Origin: a bacterium
GTDB taxonomy: Bacteria > Cyanobacteriota > Vampirovibrionia > Gastranaerophilales > JBAXKC01
Direction of reading: 5' to 3'
Assembly (NCBI GenBank): GCA_037137535.1
Contig: JBAXKC010000006.1
Coordinates: 1 to 64,000 of the forward strand
DNA: 64,000 bases
Positions 36,574 to 46,428 of the stretch are shown in pieces. Positions within the stretch are counted from its first letter, which is position 1, and each line of letters opens with the position of its first letter. Made by a program: the position numbers and the translations under genes. Below the pieces are notes generated by a model that did not search any database, had not been told where the DNA came from, and saw nothing but the letters and a program-made list of their open reading frames with translations.

Positions 36574-38355
36574 TTACTTCTTTTTTAATTTACTTATGAA
36601 AATTGGTTCTTTGCTTTTCTTTTTTTGAAGCGTTTTATGGTTTTTGATCAGATAATCAATCATTATTTTAAATTCTTTAGTATGAACTTCTTCAAAAATT
36701 AATTTATTCAAATCAATTTCATTAAGTTTTTTTATTATATTTAATCTGTATTCGTCTTCATTGATTAGCTTTAAAATTAAATTTATATATTCTTCGTCAT
36801 TATGAGTTATTAATTCTTCTAATCCTAAAATTCTTAATAAAGATGAAGCTGATCTGTTGAAAAACTTTTTCCCTTCATATGCAACCAAGGGTTTTCTCAG
36901 ATAAACCATATCTACAGCTGTATTGTATCCTCCATAAGGGTAGGAATCAATTGATATATCGGATTCTTCAATTAATGACATATAGGTATTATAGTTTACA
37001 TTGCGGATAAGCTCAAAATTTTCTATGCCTAATACTGAAGCAATTTCATTTTTAAGAGGAATAAAGCAATTATATCTGGTGGGACCTGATGCGCCATAAA
37101 TACGGAATAATACTTTTTTCTCTGATTTGTCTATAATTTTCTTTAAATTTTGCAGCATAGGATAATTTATTTTCATAGCACCCCATGAGCAGGAGATTAT
37201 AAATTTATCAGTCTTGTTTTGAATATTTTTAATTTCATATTGAGGAAGTGCGGGCGGAGATGCATTTCCCGGCAGAAGAACAAGTCTTTCAGCATAATTT
37301 TCTTCAGCAAGTTCAGCAAATTCTACTTCTTCTCCACCGATGAAATAATCTATTTCAGATCCGTAAGTGCTGACTGGATGACCATAGCCTGCAATTTGTA
37401 TCGGAGCTATCCTTAGATTTGAAAGATAGATACTTTCCGCTCCTAGTCCAATATCAGGGTAATAAATTAGCATATAATCATTGTCTATAACAGCACTTAA
37501 ATCTAATTTTCCATTAATAAATTTTATGTTTTTTACTTCATTGAACAAACCTTTCTCTATTTCGGGATAAGGCTCTCCTGTATTGATAAGAGTAAGCTCA
37601 TAATTATCTTTCAATGATTCTACAAATCCGTAACACGTCCTGTATATTGAGGATCTTGCATTCCATCTTTTTGTTATTACTGCAATTTTCTTTTTATTAT
37701 GTGAATTATTTATTGTCAGGTTTTTAAACATAGTTTTAATCAGTTCATTAATTTTGCCTTTGATTTTTTTATCAAGTCCGTCGCCATAATAAGAGCTTAT
37801 TTGATAGGCAACATGTATTTGATAATGCATGGGGACAAATCTTTCATCAATGTTTTTTAAATGATAAATAAAATTGTCATACATTAATTCATTTACATAT
37901 CCGCCTATAAAAAAGTAAGCAAGATACCAGCGTAAACCAAATTCGATGTTTGCATCAAAAAGTTCTTTAATATTTATTCTAATAGTATTTCGTGCAGAAT
38001 ATAAAATTAATATTTTTAAATAATTATTTGGTTGGTTTTGTAAAATTTCTATATAAGTATCTGTATTTTTAAGGCGAGTCATTGCCACTAAATTAGATAT
38101 AACCATATTTAAGTCTATAAGTGTTCTAGCATAATCCACTCTTACAATATAGTCAGGCTTAGTGAAAAAATACATTAAATTTTCGACAAATATATTTATA
38201 AAGTAATAAGAAGAATCATCCATTTTAAAAAGAGTATTGTTTTTGTAATAGACGAGTACTTCTATAAATTTTTGAGTTATTTGGTCATAATTTTTATTCA
38301 AATATAACTTCATTAACTCGTCAGAATTAAAACTTCCCACTTTTGAAATATTCAT
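36574..38355 (-). CDS. HMW1C/SPINDLY-like (GT41) protein glycosyltransferase
   Basis: YPDIGL..SNLRIAPIQIAGYGHPVST, MKINY, DSYPYGGYNTAVD, helical N-terminus. Confidence 0.8.
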   Translation of the reverse strand: MNISKVGSFNSDELMKLYLNKNYDQITQKFIEVLVYYKNNTLFKMDDSSYYFINIFVENLMYFFTKPDYIVRVDYARTLIDLNMVISNLVAMTRLKNTDTYIEILQNQPNNYLKILILYSARNTIRINIKELFDANIEFGLRWYLAYFFIGGYVNELMYDNFIYHLKNIDERFVPMHYQIHVAYQISSYYGDGLDKKIKGKINELIKTMFKNLTINNSHNKKKIAVITKRWNARSSIYRTCYGFVESLKDNYELTLINTGEPYPEIEKGLFNEVKNIKFINGKLDLSAVIDNDYMLIYYPDIGLGAESIYLSNLRIAPIQIAGYGHPVSTYGSEIDYFIGGEEVEFAELAEENYAERLVLLPGNASPPALPQYEIKNIQNKTDKFIISCSWGAMKINYPMLQNLKKIIDKSEKKVLFRIYGASGPTRYNCFIPLKNEIASVLGIENFELIRNVNYNTYMSLIEESDISIDSYPYGGYNTAVDMVYLRKPLVAYEGKKFFNRSASSLLRILGLEELITHNDEEYINLILKLINEDEYRLNIIKKLNEIDLNKLIFEEVHTKEFKIMIDYLIKNHKTLQKKKSKEPIFISKLKKK

Positions 38356-38446
38356 TCGTTATTCCTAAAAAGCTATTCTCTCATTGTGATAACCGCATTA
38401 TATACTTCTATTCAAAATAACGCTAATAATATTTACTTATATAAGT

Positions 38447-38483
38447 AAACAGGACGATATTTTTTCGCCCTGTTTATTTTTTA
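38447..38483. terminator. Terminator-like hairpin
   Basis: TAAACAGG.CGA/TCG.CCTGTTTA followed by T-run. Confidence 0.55.
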
Positions 38484-38497
38484 TCTTTCAATAAGAA

Positions 38498-39325
38498 TTA
38501 TAATTTATAAAAGTTTTTAATTCTATCAGTAATCATTTTTAGCCCGTCTTTAAAGTTGTCTTTTGCCTCTTCATTTTGCTTCGGTATAAATGTATTTTCA
38601 GGATAGTCCTCAATACAAACTTTAGGTGAATTTGGTTTTATGTAACTTGAATTTTCAATTTCAGGAGGAGTAGGATCGCAATCCAAACTATTTCTTTCTT
38701 GTTTTGTTTTGATAATTTTATCTAAAACTTCATCATTGAAAGTAGCATCATGTTTCTGATAAATATCAATAAATGATGGTCTGTTTTGTCCTTTTGTCGG
38801 CTTAGTCGTTAAATTCATTAAATCATCAAATGAAATACCGGGATGAGCGTTACCTTCTTTATCAATACCTGTTCCATCTTTTTCATAAGGACAAGCAGAA
38901 GATAAAAGATTAAAAGTGTCTTTTTCTAAAATTTGTTTCATATGAGGAGGTTTTGCCATTAAGTCTGCTTTTAGCTGATCTATTCTTGTCTTAACAAGAG
39001 TAAGTTCATAATTGAGCTTTCCAATTTTAGAAAGGTTTATTTCATCCTCTGACTTTGCTTCTTCTTTTGCAATTTTAGCTTCTAGTTCTTTTTTCTCATT
39101 TTTTTTAGCTTTTAATTCTTTTTCTCTTTCGATATTTTGTGCTTTTACAGGATCAAAGGAATCCTGATACTTTTCAAGTTCTTTGCGCGTTATTTTACCG
39201 TCAAGTTTTCTTTCTTGTCCTTCAGAAAGACCTAGTGTCTGGAAATTATCGCTCATGTTTGTGAATACACCTCTTAAGGTGTATGTGTGATTTAATAAAT
39301 TTGTCATTTGACCCCCACTATTCAT
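38498..39325 (-). CDS. Hypothetical coiled-coil protein with EF-hand-like segments
   Basis: DGKITRKEL and GISFDDL flank a K/E-rich coiled coil. Confidence 0.7.
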   Translation of the reverse strand: MNSGGQMTNLLNHTYTLRGVFTNMSDNFQTLGLSEGQERKLDGKITRKELEKYQDSFDPVKAQNIEREKELKAKKNEKKELEAKIAKEEAKSEDEINLSKIGKLNYELTLVKTRIDQLKADLMAKPPHMKQILEKDTFNLLSSACPYEKDGTGIDKEGNAHPGISFDDLMNLTTKPTKGQNRPSFIDIYQKHDATFNDEVLDKIIKTKQERNSLDCDPTPPEIENSSYIKPNSPKVCIEDYPENTFIPKQNEEAKDNFKDGLKMITDRIKNFYKL

Positions 39326-39402
39326 AATTATTTGGTTTTATCCAAAAGTATATCTATTTAAAATCCAAATATGATAATAGTGAATAATATTTGGATTGAA
39401 TT

Positions 39403-40041
39403 TTAATATTTCTTAATTTTATCCATAATGTTTTGATAATCGGGAATGTCTAAAATAATCCATTCATATAACATTCTTATTTCTTTAAAGTCAACTTCGG
39501 TAAAAGCTTTAATTAATGAAGAGTAACTGACGTCATAGGCTTTAGGCATTGTTTTATACTCAAGTTCTTTAATTTTTTTATTAGAAAATCCACTTGTTTC
39601 ATAATCCCAAATATTTGCATAATTCAAATTTAAGTTAATGCAATATGGCAAATTTTCTTTTCCCAGTGATGTGTCTATTGAAATTAAACCGTAGGTTCTA
39701 CATAAAATGGGGCGATATTCATATATAGTACAGCTATTTTCTTTATTAAAAGGGCAAGTATATGCAAAATCATGGATATTACTATTATTTTTGATGAAAA
39801 TTTGTCTGTTTTTATAGATTTCCCAAACTTTTTCATTTAACTCTTTAATATCTTCTTTTGAGAATAAAAGATTAATTCCTTTTTTAATATAGTCATATTC
39901 TATGTTTGATATTGGGTAATAAGCGTTTGAACAGCAGTATCCGCACCCTATTTTACATTTAATGTAATCTTTTTGCTCTTTAAAATATGAATTTAATTTA
40001 TTTGTGATTTCATTAAGCTGTAATTCGTATGTTTTTAACAT
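39403..40041 (-). CDS. YkgJ-family cysteine-cluster protein
   Basis: CKIGCGYCC, CPF...CTIYEYRPILCRTYG. Confidence 0.88.
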   Translation of the reverse strand: MLKTYELQLNEITNKLNSYFKEQKDYIKCKIGCGYCCSNAYYPISNIEYDYIKKGINLLFSKEDIKELNEKVWEIYKNRQIFIKNNSNIHDFAYTCPFNKENSCTIYEYRPILCRTYGLISIDTSLGKENLPYCINLNLNYANIWDYETSGFSNKKIKELEYKTMPKAYDVSYSSLIKAFTEVDFKEIRMLYEWIILDIPDYQNIMDKIKKY

Positions 40042-40109
40042 TAAGACCTTTAATATATTTAAACCTGTTAGCTATTATTTACTTATACAATAAATAAAAC
40101 TCTTTTTTA

Positions 40110-40652
40110 TTAAAAATATAGCGATTCAGCTAATTTATTTAAAATTTTCATTTTTTCTTCTTGCTCTCTATCTTCTAAAAGCATGTTTATAGCATTTTTA
40201 TAATCAAGTTTAGATGCTTTTTCTTCATCTAAAATTTGTTCATTAATATTATATTTTTTGCATAATTGTTTAAAATAATAAATTTGTCTGTTTGTTGCTT
40301 TGTCTTTAGACATTTTAAATTCTTGAACTTTTTTTCTCTGTATTTTGGCATAATCTTTTTGTTTTTGAATTAATGGAGCTAATTTTTCTTTCTGAGTGAA
40401 TTTATATTTATTTTCATAAATATATTTTTTACTATCAGCTAAAAAGTTTTCTTCATTTATAAATGCTTCAATCCATGGCATACGAGAACAGTTAATTTCA
40501 AGATAGTAACTTTCTTCTTCAATAAGATTATCTAAAATTTCTTCAGTAGATAAAGTATAGTTTTTCTTTGTGAAAATTTGAATGTGTTTACAAAATTCAG
40601 ATTTTTGGTGACTGGTAAGATAATTGAATATTTTGGACTTTACGCTGAACAT
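40110..40652 (-). CDS. Hypothetical protein
   Basis: 180-aa ORF abutting the upstream small ORF; ATNRQIYY segment. Confidence 0.7.
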   Translation of the reverse strand: MFSVKSKIFNYLTSHQKSEFCKHIQIFTKKNYTLSTEEILDNLIEEESYYLEINCSRMPWIEAFINEENFLADSKKYIYENKYKFTQKEKLAPLIQKQKDYAKIQRKKVQEFKMSKDKATNRQIYYFKQLCKKYNINEQILDEEKASKLDYKNAINMLLEDREQEEKMKILNKLAESLYF

Positions 40653-40859
40653 TTAGAATAAATCTTCAGGTCTGAAGCTGGAAGTATAATCATCATTTTT
40701 GTTTTTTATTTCAGTATGAACAAATTTCGCCAATCTTGTTTTGATTGGATTTGAATGATTAAAAGAAAAGTTTTTAAATGAGTTATTAAGCTCTTCTTTT
40801 TCTTTTAATTCTTTATTTTTTGAGAAATCCGCAAAAATTATTTTATCTTTATTATTCAT
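40653..40859 (-). CDS. Hypothetical small protein
   Basis: 68-aa ORF whose stop abuts the next start codon. Confidence 0.6.
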   Translation of the reverse strand: MNNKDKIIFADFSKNKELKEKEELNNSFKNFSFNHSNPIKTRLAKFVHTEIKNKNDDYTSSFRPEDLF

Positions 40860-41021
40860 TAATTATTTATCCATCTGACTTTATTTAATATTTTATACCG
40901 TACTCGTTAAAATTAGTACCCCCTATATATATAAAGTATTGAAGAAAATTTTTTTTGCCTGTTAATTTTTTTTGAAATAATATTATTTCTATTAACAATA
41001 AAATTCACGCTGTTTTGGAGT

Positions 41022-42119
41022 ATGAAATTGAGCTTAAATAATAAAAAAATTCTTATATCGGGTTACTATGGTTTTAATAATTTTGGCGATGACGCCATTT
41101 TGCACGTTATTATTGAAGATATAAAGAAAAATATTCCCGAAGCTGATATTACTGTTTTATCGGCAACACCACAAAGAACAGAAGCTGTATACGGAGTTAA
41201 AGCAGTAAATCGCTTTGACTTAAAGAAAGTTTTTTCTGCCATTAAATATACTGATGTGTTTGTGAGTGGCGGTGGCAGTCTTTTGCAGGATATTACAAGC
41301 TTTAAAAGTCTGGTTTATTATTTAGGTCTGATTTTTACCGCCAAAATGTTAACTAAAAAGGTTTTCATATATGCTCAAGGCATTGGCCCAATAGATAGCA
41401 AAATAGGAAGAGTTTTAACACATTTTGTTCTTAAAAGAGCAGATGTTGTTACCGTAAGGGATAATGACAGTAAAAACTTCCTTGATTACCTTGATGTTAA
41501 TGCAGATGTAACAGCTGATCCTGTTTGGAAAGCGTTAAATCCAGATTCTTTTGATTTTGAAAAATTCGGAATTAAACAAGATAAAATTAAAGTAGGCGTT
41601 CAGTTAAGAAACTGGAAAACACTTGATGATAAAGCTACAGAGCTGTTAGCTAAAGCTGTTAATAAAACCTTTGGCGATATGTCCTATCAGATAGTTTTAC
41701 TATCTTTGCAAGATTCCCAGGATTTAGCTGTTTCTAAGTTGTTTGAATCTAAATTAAAAGTTTTAAATCCTGTAATTGACACAAAAATAGTTTCAAATTT
41801 ATCAGTACTGGACGGATTAGCAGTAATTTCACAAATGGATTTCATGGCAGCAGTAAGATTTCACGCTGCATTATGTGCTATGAAGTTTAATATACCTACC
41901 TTTTGCATTTCTTATGATCCTAAAGTCTCTACATTAGCCGAAGAAGCAGGAGCTCCATGGGCATCAATCAATAAATTAAACTTGGAAGAAATTGAAGCTA
42001 AGCTAGAAGATCTTTCGATTAATAAAAGTTTACATGAGGAAAGATTAAGACTTTTCTCAAATAAGAAGCAGCAATTGGCAAATAAAAATGTTGATTTTCT
42101 TATGAACATGTTAAAATAA
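41022..42119 (+). CDS. csaB: Polysaccharide pyruvyl transferase CsaB
   Basis: ISGYYGFNNFGDDAIL, SGGGSLLQDITS, AQGIGP, TVRD, TADP, RFHA, ISYDPKV. Confidence 0.92.
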   Translation: MKLSLNNKKILISGYYGFNNFGDDAILHVIIEDIKKNIPEADITVLSATPQRTEAVYGVKAVNRFDLKKVFSAIKYTDVFVSGGGSLLQDITSFKSLVYYLGLIFTAKMLTKKVFIYAQGIGPIDSKIGRVLTHFVLKRADVVTVRDNDSKNFLDYLDVNADVTADPVWKALNPDSFDFEKFGIKQDKIKVGVQLRNWKTLDDKATELLAKAVNKTFGDMSYQIVLLSLQDSQDLAVSKLFESKLKVLNPVIDTKIVSNLSVLDGLAVISQMDFMAAVRFHAALCAMKFNIPTFCISYDPKVSTLAEEAGAPWASINKLNLEEIEAKLEDLSINKSLHEERLRLFSNKKQQLANKNVDFLMNMLK

Positions 42120-42151
42120 TATTAAAATTTATTACATTTCTTGTACTCAGG

Positions 42152-42931
42152 GTGGGAGATATTGTGAACAATAATGAAACCATAAATACTGAAAGAGCCT
42201 TAATTCTTGGTTATCCTGTTGATTTGGTAAATATGGAGCAGGCTTTAAATATTGTAGAAAACTGGAAAAATACTTCCAGCGGTGGGCAAGTTGTTACAAT
42301 AAACCCTGAAATGATAATGTTTGGCGAGCAAAACCTTGAATTGTCCGATATTTTAAAAAGTGCTGACCTGATAATACCTGATGGTGCAGGAATTATAACC
42401 TCTTTAAAAAAATTAAACATTCATAATATAAAAAGATTACCTGGGATCGAATTGTCTGAAGAAATCATTAAAACAGGTGCTGAAAAAGGTTATAAATTTG
42501 CATTTTTAGGAGCAGGACCAAAAGTTGCAGAAGATGCATCTATTTGTTTATGTCAAAAATATTCAGGTTTGAACTTTGTATATATACGAGACGGTTATTT
42601 TACCGATAACGATGAACAGTCTATTATCGATGAAATCAAACAAGCCGCTCCGGATGTTCTGTTTGTTGCACTTGGTGTACCTAAGCAAGAACTTTTTATA
42701 AAAAAATACAGAAATGAATTAAAATCTGTAATAATGATAGGAGTTGGCGGAAGTTTTGATGTTTGGTCAGGACGAATAAACAGAGCTCCTTTGATTTATA
42801 GAAAGTTAGGACTTGAATGGTTTTATAGGCTGATATGTCAGCCATCACGATTTAGCAGAATGTTCCCGACTATACCTTTGTTTTTTATAAAAGTGTTTTT
42901 GGACAAGAAAAATACAAGAAAAGAGAGTTAA
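42152..42931 (+). CDS. tagA: WecG/TagA/CpsF N-acetylmannosaminyltransferase
   Basis: VTINPE, PDGAG, RLPGIEL, LFVALGVPKQE, GVGGSFDV, GLEWFYRL. Confidence 0.9.
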   Translation: MGDIVNNNETINTERALILGYPVDLVNMEQALNIVENWKNTSSGGQVVTINPEMIMFGEQNLELSDILKSADLIIPDGAGIITSLKKLNIHNIKRLPGIELSEEIIKTGAEKGYKFAFLGAGPKVAEDASICLCQKYSGLNFVYIRDGYFTDNDEQSIIDEIKQAAPDVLFVALGVPKQELFIKKYRNELKSVIMIGVGGSFDVWSGRINRAPLIYRKLGLEWFYRLICQPSRFSRMFPTIPLFFIKVFLDKKNTRKES

Positions 42932-42933
42932 AA

Positions 42934-43791
42934 ATGTCAGAATTCGTATCGCTAAGCAATGAAGAATTGAATGAATTAGCTGCAAGAGCTAAAAATGTCA
43001 GACAAAACATTATGAAAATGGTGTCAAATTCAAAATCAGGTCATATCGGCGGCTCAATGTCCTCTGCCGATATTATTACTACACTTTATTTTAAACACAT
43101 GAGACATTATCCTGACTGGAAAAATAATGCAGATTGGGATAAAAGAGACAGATTTGTTTTATCTAAAGGTCATGCTTCACCTGTATTGTACTCTGTGCTT
43201 GCAGAATGTGGTTATATTCCTCAAGAACAATTAATGACTTTTAGAAAATTACATACAAAACTTCAAGGGCATCCTGCTTATGGCTATATCCCTGGTGTTG
43301 AAGCGACCACAGGCTCTTTAGGGCAAGGTCTTTCAATTGCTAACGGTATTGCTTTAGCATTAAAACTGGATAATTCAAAATCAAGAGTTTATGCTCTAAC
43401 AGGTGACGGAGAATTGCAGGAAGGTCAAATCTGGGAAGCTGCAATGACTTCTGCTCACTATAACCTCGGAAATTTAACAGTTATTGTTGATAGAAATACA
43501 CTCCAAATTGATGGTTGCACAGAAAAAGTAATGGGGGTTGATCCTGTTGATCAAAAATTTAAAGCTTTCGGTTGGGAAGTTTTAACAATTGACGGACATG
43601 ATTTGAATCAGATTTTTGTAGCTTTGAAACAAGCTGAAAAAATCGGAAATGAAAAACAAAAACCTGTTGCTATCGTAGCTAAAACTGTTAAGGGCAAAGG
43701 CGTTTCCTTTATGGAAAATAACAGCGGCTGGCATGGTAAAGCTCCAAACGAGAGCGAATTTGTTGCAGCTATGGAAGAATTGTCTAAATAA
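42934..43791 (+). CDS. Transketolase, N-terminal (ThDP-binding) subunit
   Basis: SGHIGGS, RDRFVLSKGH, LQGHP, TTGSLGQG, GDGELQEG, HGKAP. Confidence 0.93.
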   Translation: MSEFVSLSNEELNELAARAKNVRQNIMKMVSNSKSGHIGGSMSSADIITTLYFKHMRHYPDWKNNADWDKRDRFVLSKGHASPVLYSVLAECGYIPQEQLMTFRKLHTKLQGHPAYGYIPGVEATTGSLGQGLSIANGIALALKLDNSKSRVYALTGDGELQEGQIWEAAMTSAHYNLGNLTVIVDRNTLQIDGCTEKVMGVDPVDQKFKAFGWEVLTIDGHDLNQIFVALKQAEKIGNEKQKPVAIVAKTVKGKGVSFMENNSGWHGKAPNESEFVAAMEELSK

Positions 43792-43804
43792 GGAGTATAG
43801 AGAG

Positions 43805-44764
43805 ATGTTAGTTGATAAATCAAAATTAAGTTCGTTAAGAGGCATTTATGGGGAAACTCTTGTTGAACTAGGTGCTGAAAATAAAGATATAGTTGTGTTA
43901 GATGCAGATTTATCCTGCTCAACACAAACCTGTAAGTTTGCAAAAGCTTACCCTGAAAGGTTTTTTAACATCGGAATAGCTGAACAAGATTTAGTCGGAA
44001 CCGCTGCGGGATTTGCGGCCGCTGGTAAAATTCCTTTTTTAAGCACATTTGCTATTTTTGCATCAGGAAGAGCATGGGATCAAGTAAGAAACGGAATTGC
44101 ATACCCGAAATTTAACGTTAAAATTGTTGGTACACATGGCGGAATTACTGTAGGAGAAGATGGTGCAACCCACCAAGCTCTTGAAGATATAAGCCTTATG
44201 CGTTCTATTCCAAACATGACCGTTATTGTGCCTTCTGACGCAAGAGAAGTAAGAGCTGCTATCAAGTTTGCGGCTGAATATGAAGGACCTATGTATATAA
44301 GACTGCCTAGAGGCAATTGTCATGATATTTTTGATGAATCATATTCATTTGAATATCCAAAAGCTCAAGTTTTGACCGAGGGAATTGATGTTACAATCGT
44401 TTCTAACGGTGAAACAATGTATGAAGCGGTTGCTTGCGCTGAAAAACTTTCCCAGAAAGGTATTTTAGCTGAAGTAATCAATGTTCCTGTTGTAAAACCT
44501 TTAGATGAAGAAACAATTCTGAAAAGCGTAAGAAAAACAGGTGCAATTGCTGTCATAGAAAACCATTCCATTATCGGTGGACTGGGTAGTGCCGTATCAG
44601 AGTGTTTAAGCGAAAATTATCCTGCGTTTGTAAAACGTATCGGTACTCGTGATACATTCGGGCAAAGTGGTAAGGATACTGAGCTTTTAGCTGAGTATGG
44701 ACTTACTGCCGATAAATTTATTGACGATATTTATAGGTTAATCGAGAGAAAAAACGGAATATAG
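43805..44764 (+). CDS. Transketolase, C-terminal subunit
   Basis: DADLSCST, GIAEQ, GEDGATHQ, ENHSIIGGLG; ATG 43805 after AAGGAG (track 43733). Confidence 0.93.
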   Translation: MLVDKSKLSSLRGIYGETLVELGAENKDIVVLDADLSCSTQTCKFAKAYPERFFNIGIAEQDLVGTAAGFAAAGKIPFLSTFAIFASGRAWDQVRNGIAYPKFNVKIVGTHGGITVGEDGATHQALEDISLMRSIPNMTVIVPSDAREVRAAIKFAAEYEGPMYIRLPRGNCHDIFDESYSFEYPKAQVLTEGIDVTIVSNGETMYEAVACAEKLSQKGILAEVINVPVVKPLDEETILKSVRKTGAIAVIENHSIIGGLGSAVSECLSENYPAFVKRIGTRDTFGQSGKDTELLAEYGLTADKFIDDIYRLIERKNGI

Positions 44765-45439
44765 ATGATTAGGCTCAAAAACGTAACTAAAAGCTATGGC
44801 GATTTAGTCGCTGTAAATGATATGGATCTCCATATTAAGGTAGGAGATTTTGTTTTCCTTGTCGGTCAAAGTGGTGCTGGAAAGTCAACTTTGATGAGAC
44901 TTATTTATAGAGAAGAGATTGCTGACGAAGGTCAGGTATTAATTGGCGGCGTTGACGTTTCCCACATTAAGCATTCTCAAGTTCCAAGACTGAGAAGATG
45001 TATGGGAATAGTCTTTCAAGACTTTAAACTTCTGCCTAAGCAAACAGCTCATGATAATGTCGCTTATGTTATAAGAGCATTGGGAATGAGTTCAAGTGAA
45101 ATCGACAGAAGAGTTAAAGGTGCTTTAAAGGTTGTTGGTCTTGCTGATAAAGAGTTTTCATATCCGAATGAATTATCAGGCGGAGAACAGCAAAGAATTG
45201 GTATTGCTAGAGCAATCGTCAATGGTCCGCCTTTATTAATAGCTGATGAACCTACAGGAAACCTTGATCCTCAAAATTCATTTGAAATTATGGAAATTTT
45301 GGAGCAAATTAACCAAAGAGGTACAACTGTCGTGGTTTCTACTCATGATGAAGCAATAGTAAATCATTATAAAAAAAGAGTAGTAAAACTTGAAAAAGGC
45401 AGAATAATCAGTGACGTTTACTCAGGAACATACCAGTAG
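44765..45439 (+). CDS. ftsE: Cell division ABC ATPase FtsE
   Basis: GQSGAGKST, VFQDFKLL, LSGGEQQR, ADEPTGNLDP; next to ftsX. Confidence 0.94.
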   Translation: MIRLKNVTKSYGDLVAVNDMDLHIKVGDFVFLVGQSGAGKSTLMRLIYREEIADEGQVLIGGVDVSHIKHSQVPRLRRCMGIVFQDFKLLPKQTAHDNVAYVIRALGMSSSEIDRRVKGALKVVGLADKEFSYPNELSGGEQQRIGIARAIVNGPPLLIADEPTGNLDPQNSFEIMEILEQINQRGTTVVVSTHDEAIVNHYKKRVVKLEKGRIISDVYSGTYQ

Positions 45440-45450
45440 AGGGTTTGGGA

Positions 45451-46332
45451 ATGCTATTTATTATACCTTTAAGCATAATGACGGAATTTAGAATTATAAA
45501 CAGACTAATTTGTGAAACTTATAAAGGTTTAACAAGAACGGGTCTGATGAATGTAATTATCATTGGTACAATGGCTGCGATATTAAGTATTTTTGGCTGT
45601 TTATTTCATACAAGTCTCGGAATTTCAAATTTTGTTCAAAATTTGGGTTCTGAAATGCAAATATCAGCATATTTAAAGGATGGAGCCTCTGCGGATAAAG
45701 TTTCAAAAAATATAGTCAATGATATTGCCTATATTAAAGAAGTTAGAATTATTCCAAAAGAAAAAGCCTGGGATGATTTAAAAAAACAGATGGATGTTCC
45801 TAGCATTACTAATCCTTTGCCTGATACTTTACGTATTAAAGTAACTGATAATAAACATATTGATATGGTTGTTGCTAGAATTAAAGCTATGCGTGGTGTT
45901 GAGAGTATTCAATATGCTCAGCAGTTAGCTAGAAAAATTCAGACGATTGCTGATATTACAAAAATTGCAGCTCTTGTAATACTTGTATGTCTTGGAAGTT
46001 TGACACTTTTTATTATAAGCAATACAATTCAGCTTGTTATTCAAGCGAGAAAACAGGAAATTGAAATTCTTAGAATGATGGGTGTAAGCAACTGGTATAT
46101 AAAATCACCTTATATTTTACAGGGGGCATTTTATGGACTGACAGGAGCATTGATTTCATTAATACCTTTATATGTTGCTCAAAACTATCTAAATCAGTTC
46201 TTCAATTTTTTTCAGGTCGGAGCAGGTACGTCAGTAAATTCTGATATTGTAGTATTTACCCTCTTGATGATGGGTGTTCTGGTTGGGTCAGGCGGAAGTA
46301 TTATTTCTGTCAGAAAATATCTTAAAGTATAA
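45451..46332 (+). CDS. ftsX: Cell division permease FtsX
   Basis: 4-TM layout, NPLPD, ISNTIQL..RKQEIEILRMMG..YIKSPY; start uncertain (45445/45451/45478). Confidence 0.92.
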   Translation: MLFIIPLSIMTEFRIINRLICETYKGLTRTGLMNVIIIGTMAAILSIFGCLFHTSLGISNFVQNLGSEMQISAYLKDGASADKVSKNIVNDIAYIKEVRIIPKEKAWDDLKKQMDVPSITNPLPDTLRIKVTDNKHIDMVVARIKAMRGVESIQYAQQLARKIQTIADITKIAALVILVCLGSLTLFIISNTIQLVIQARKQEIEILRMMGVSNWYIKSPYILQGAFYGLTGALISLIPLYVAQNYLNQFFNFFQVGAGTSVNSDIVVFTLLMMGVLVGSGGSIISVRKYLKV

Positions 46333-46340
46333 TATGACTT

Positions 46341-46367
46341 AAAATGTCCTTTTTATAAGGGCATTTT
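46341..46367 (+). terminator. Intrinsic terminator
   Basis: AAAATGTCCTT/AAGGGCATTTT. Confidence 0.65.
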
Positions 46368-46428
46368 AAATAGTTATTGAGCTTCTTTAAATTTAATTTA
46401 TATTATTTCCAAATCGGAGGCAGTTTTC

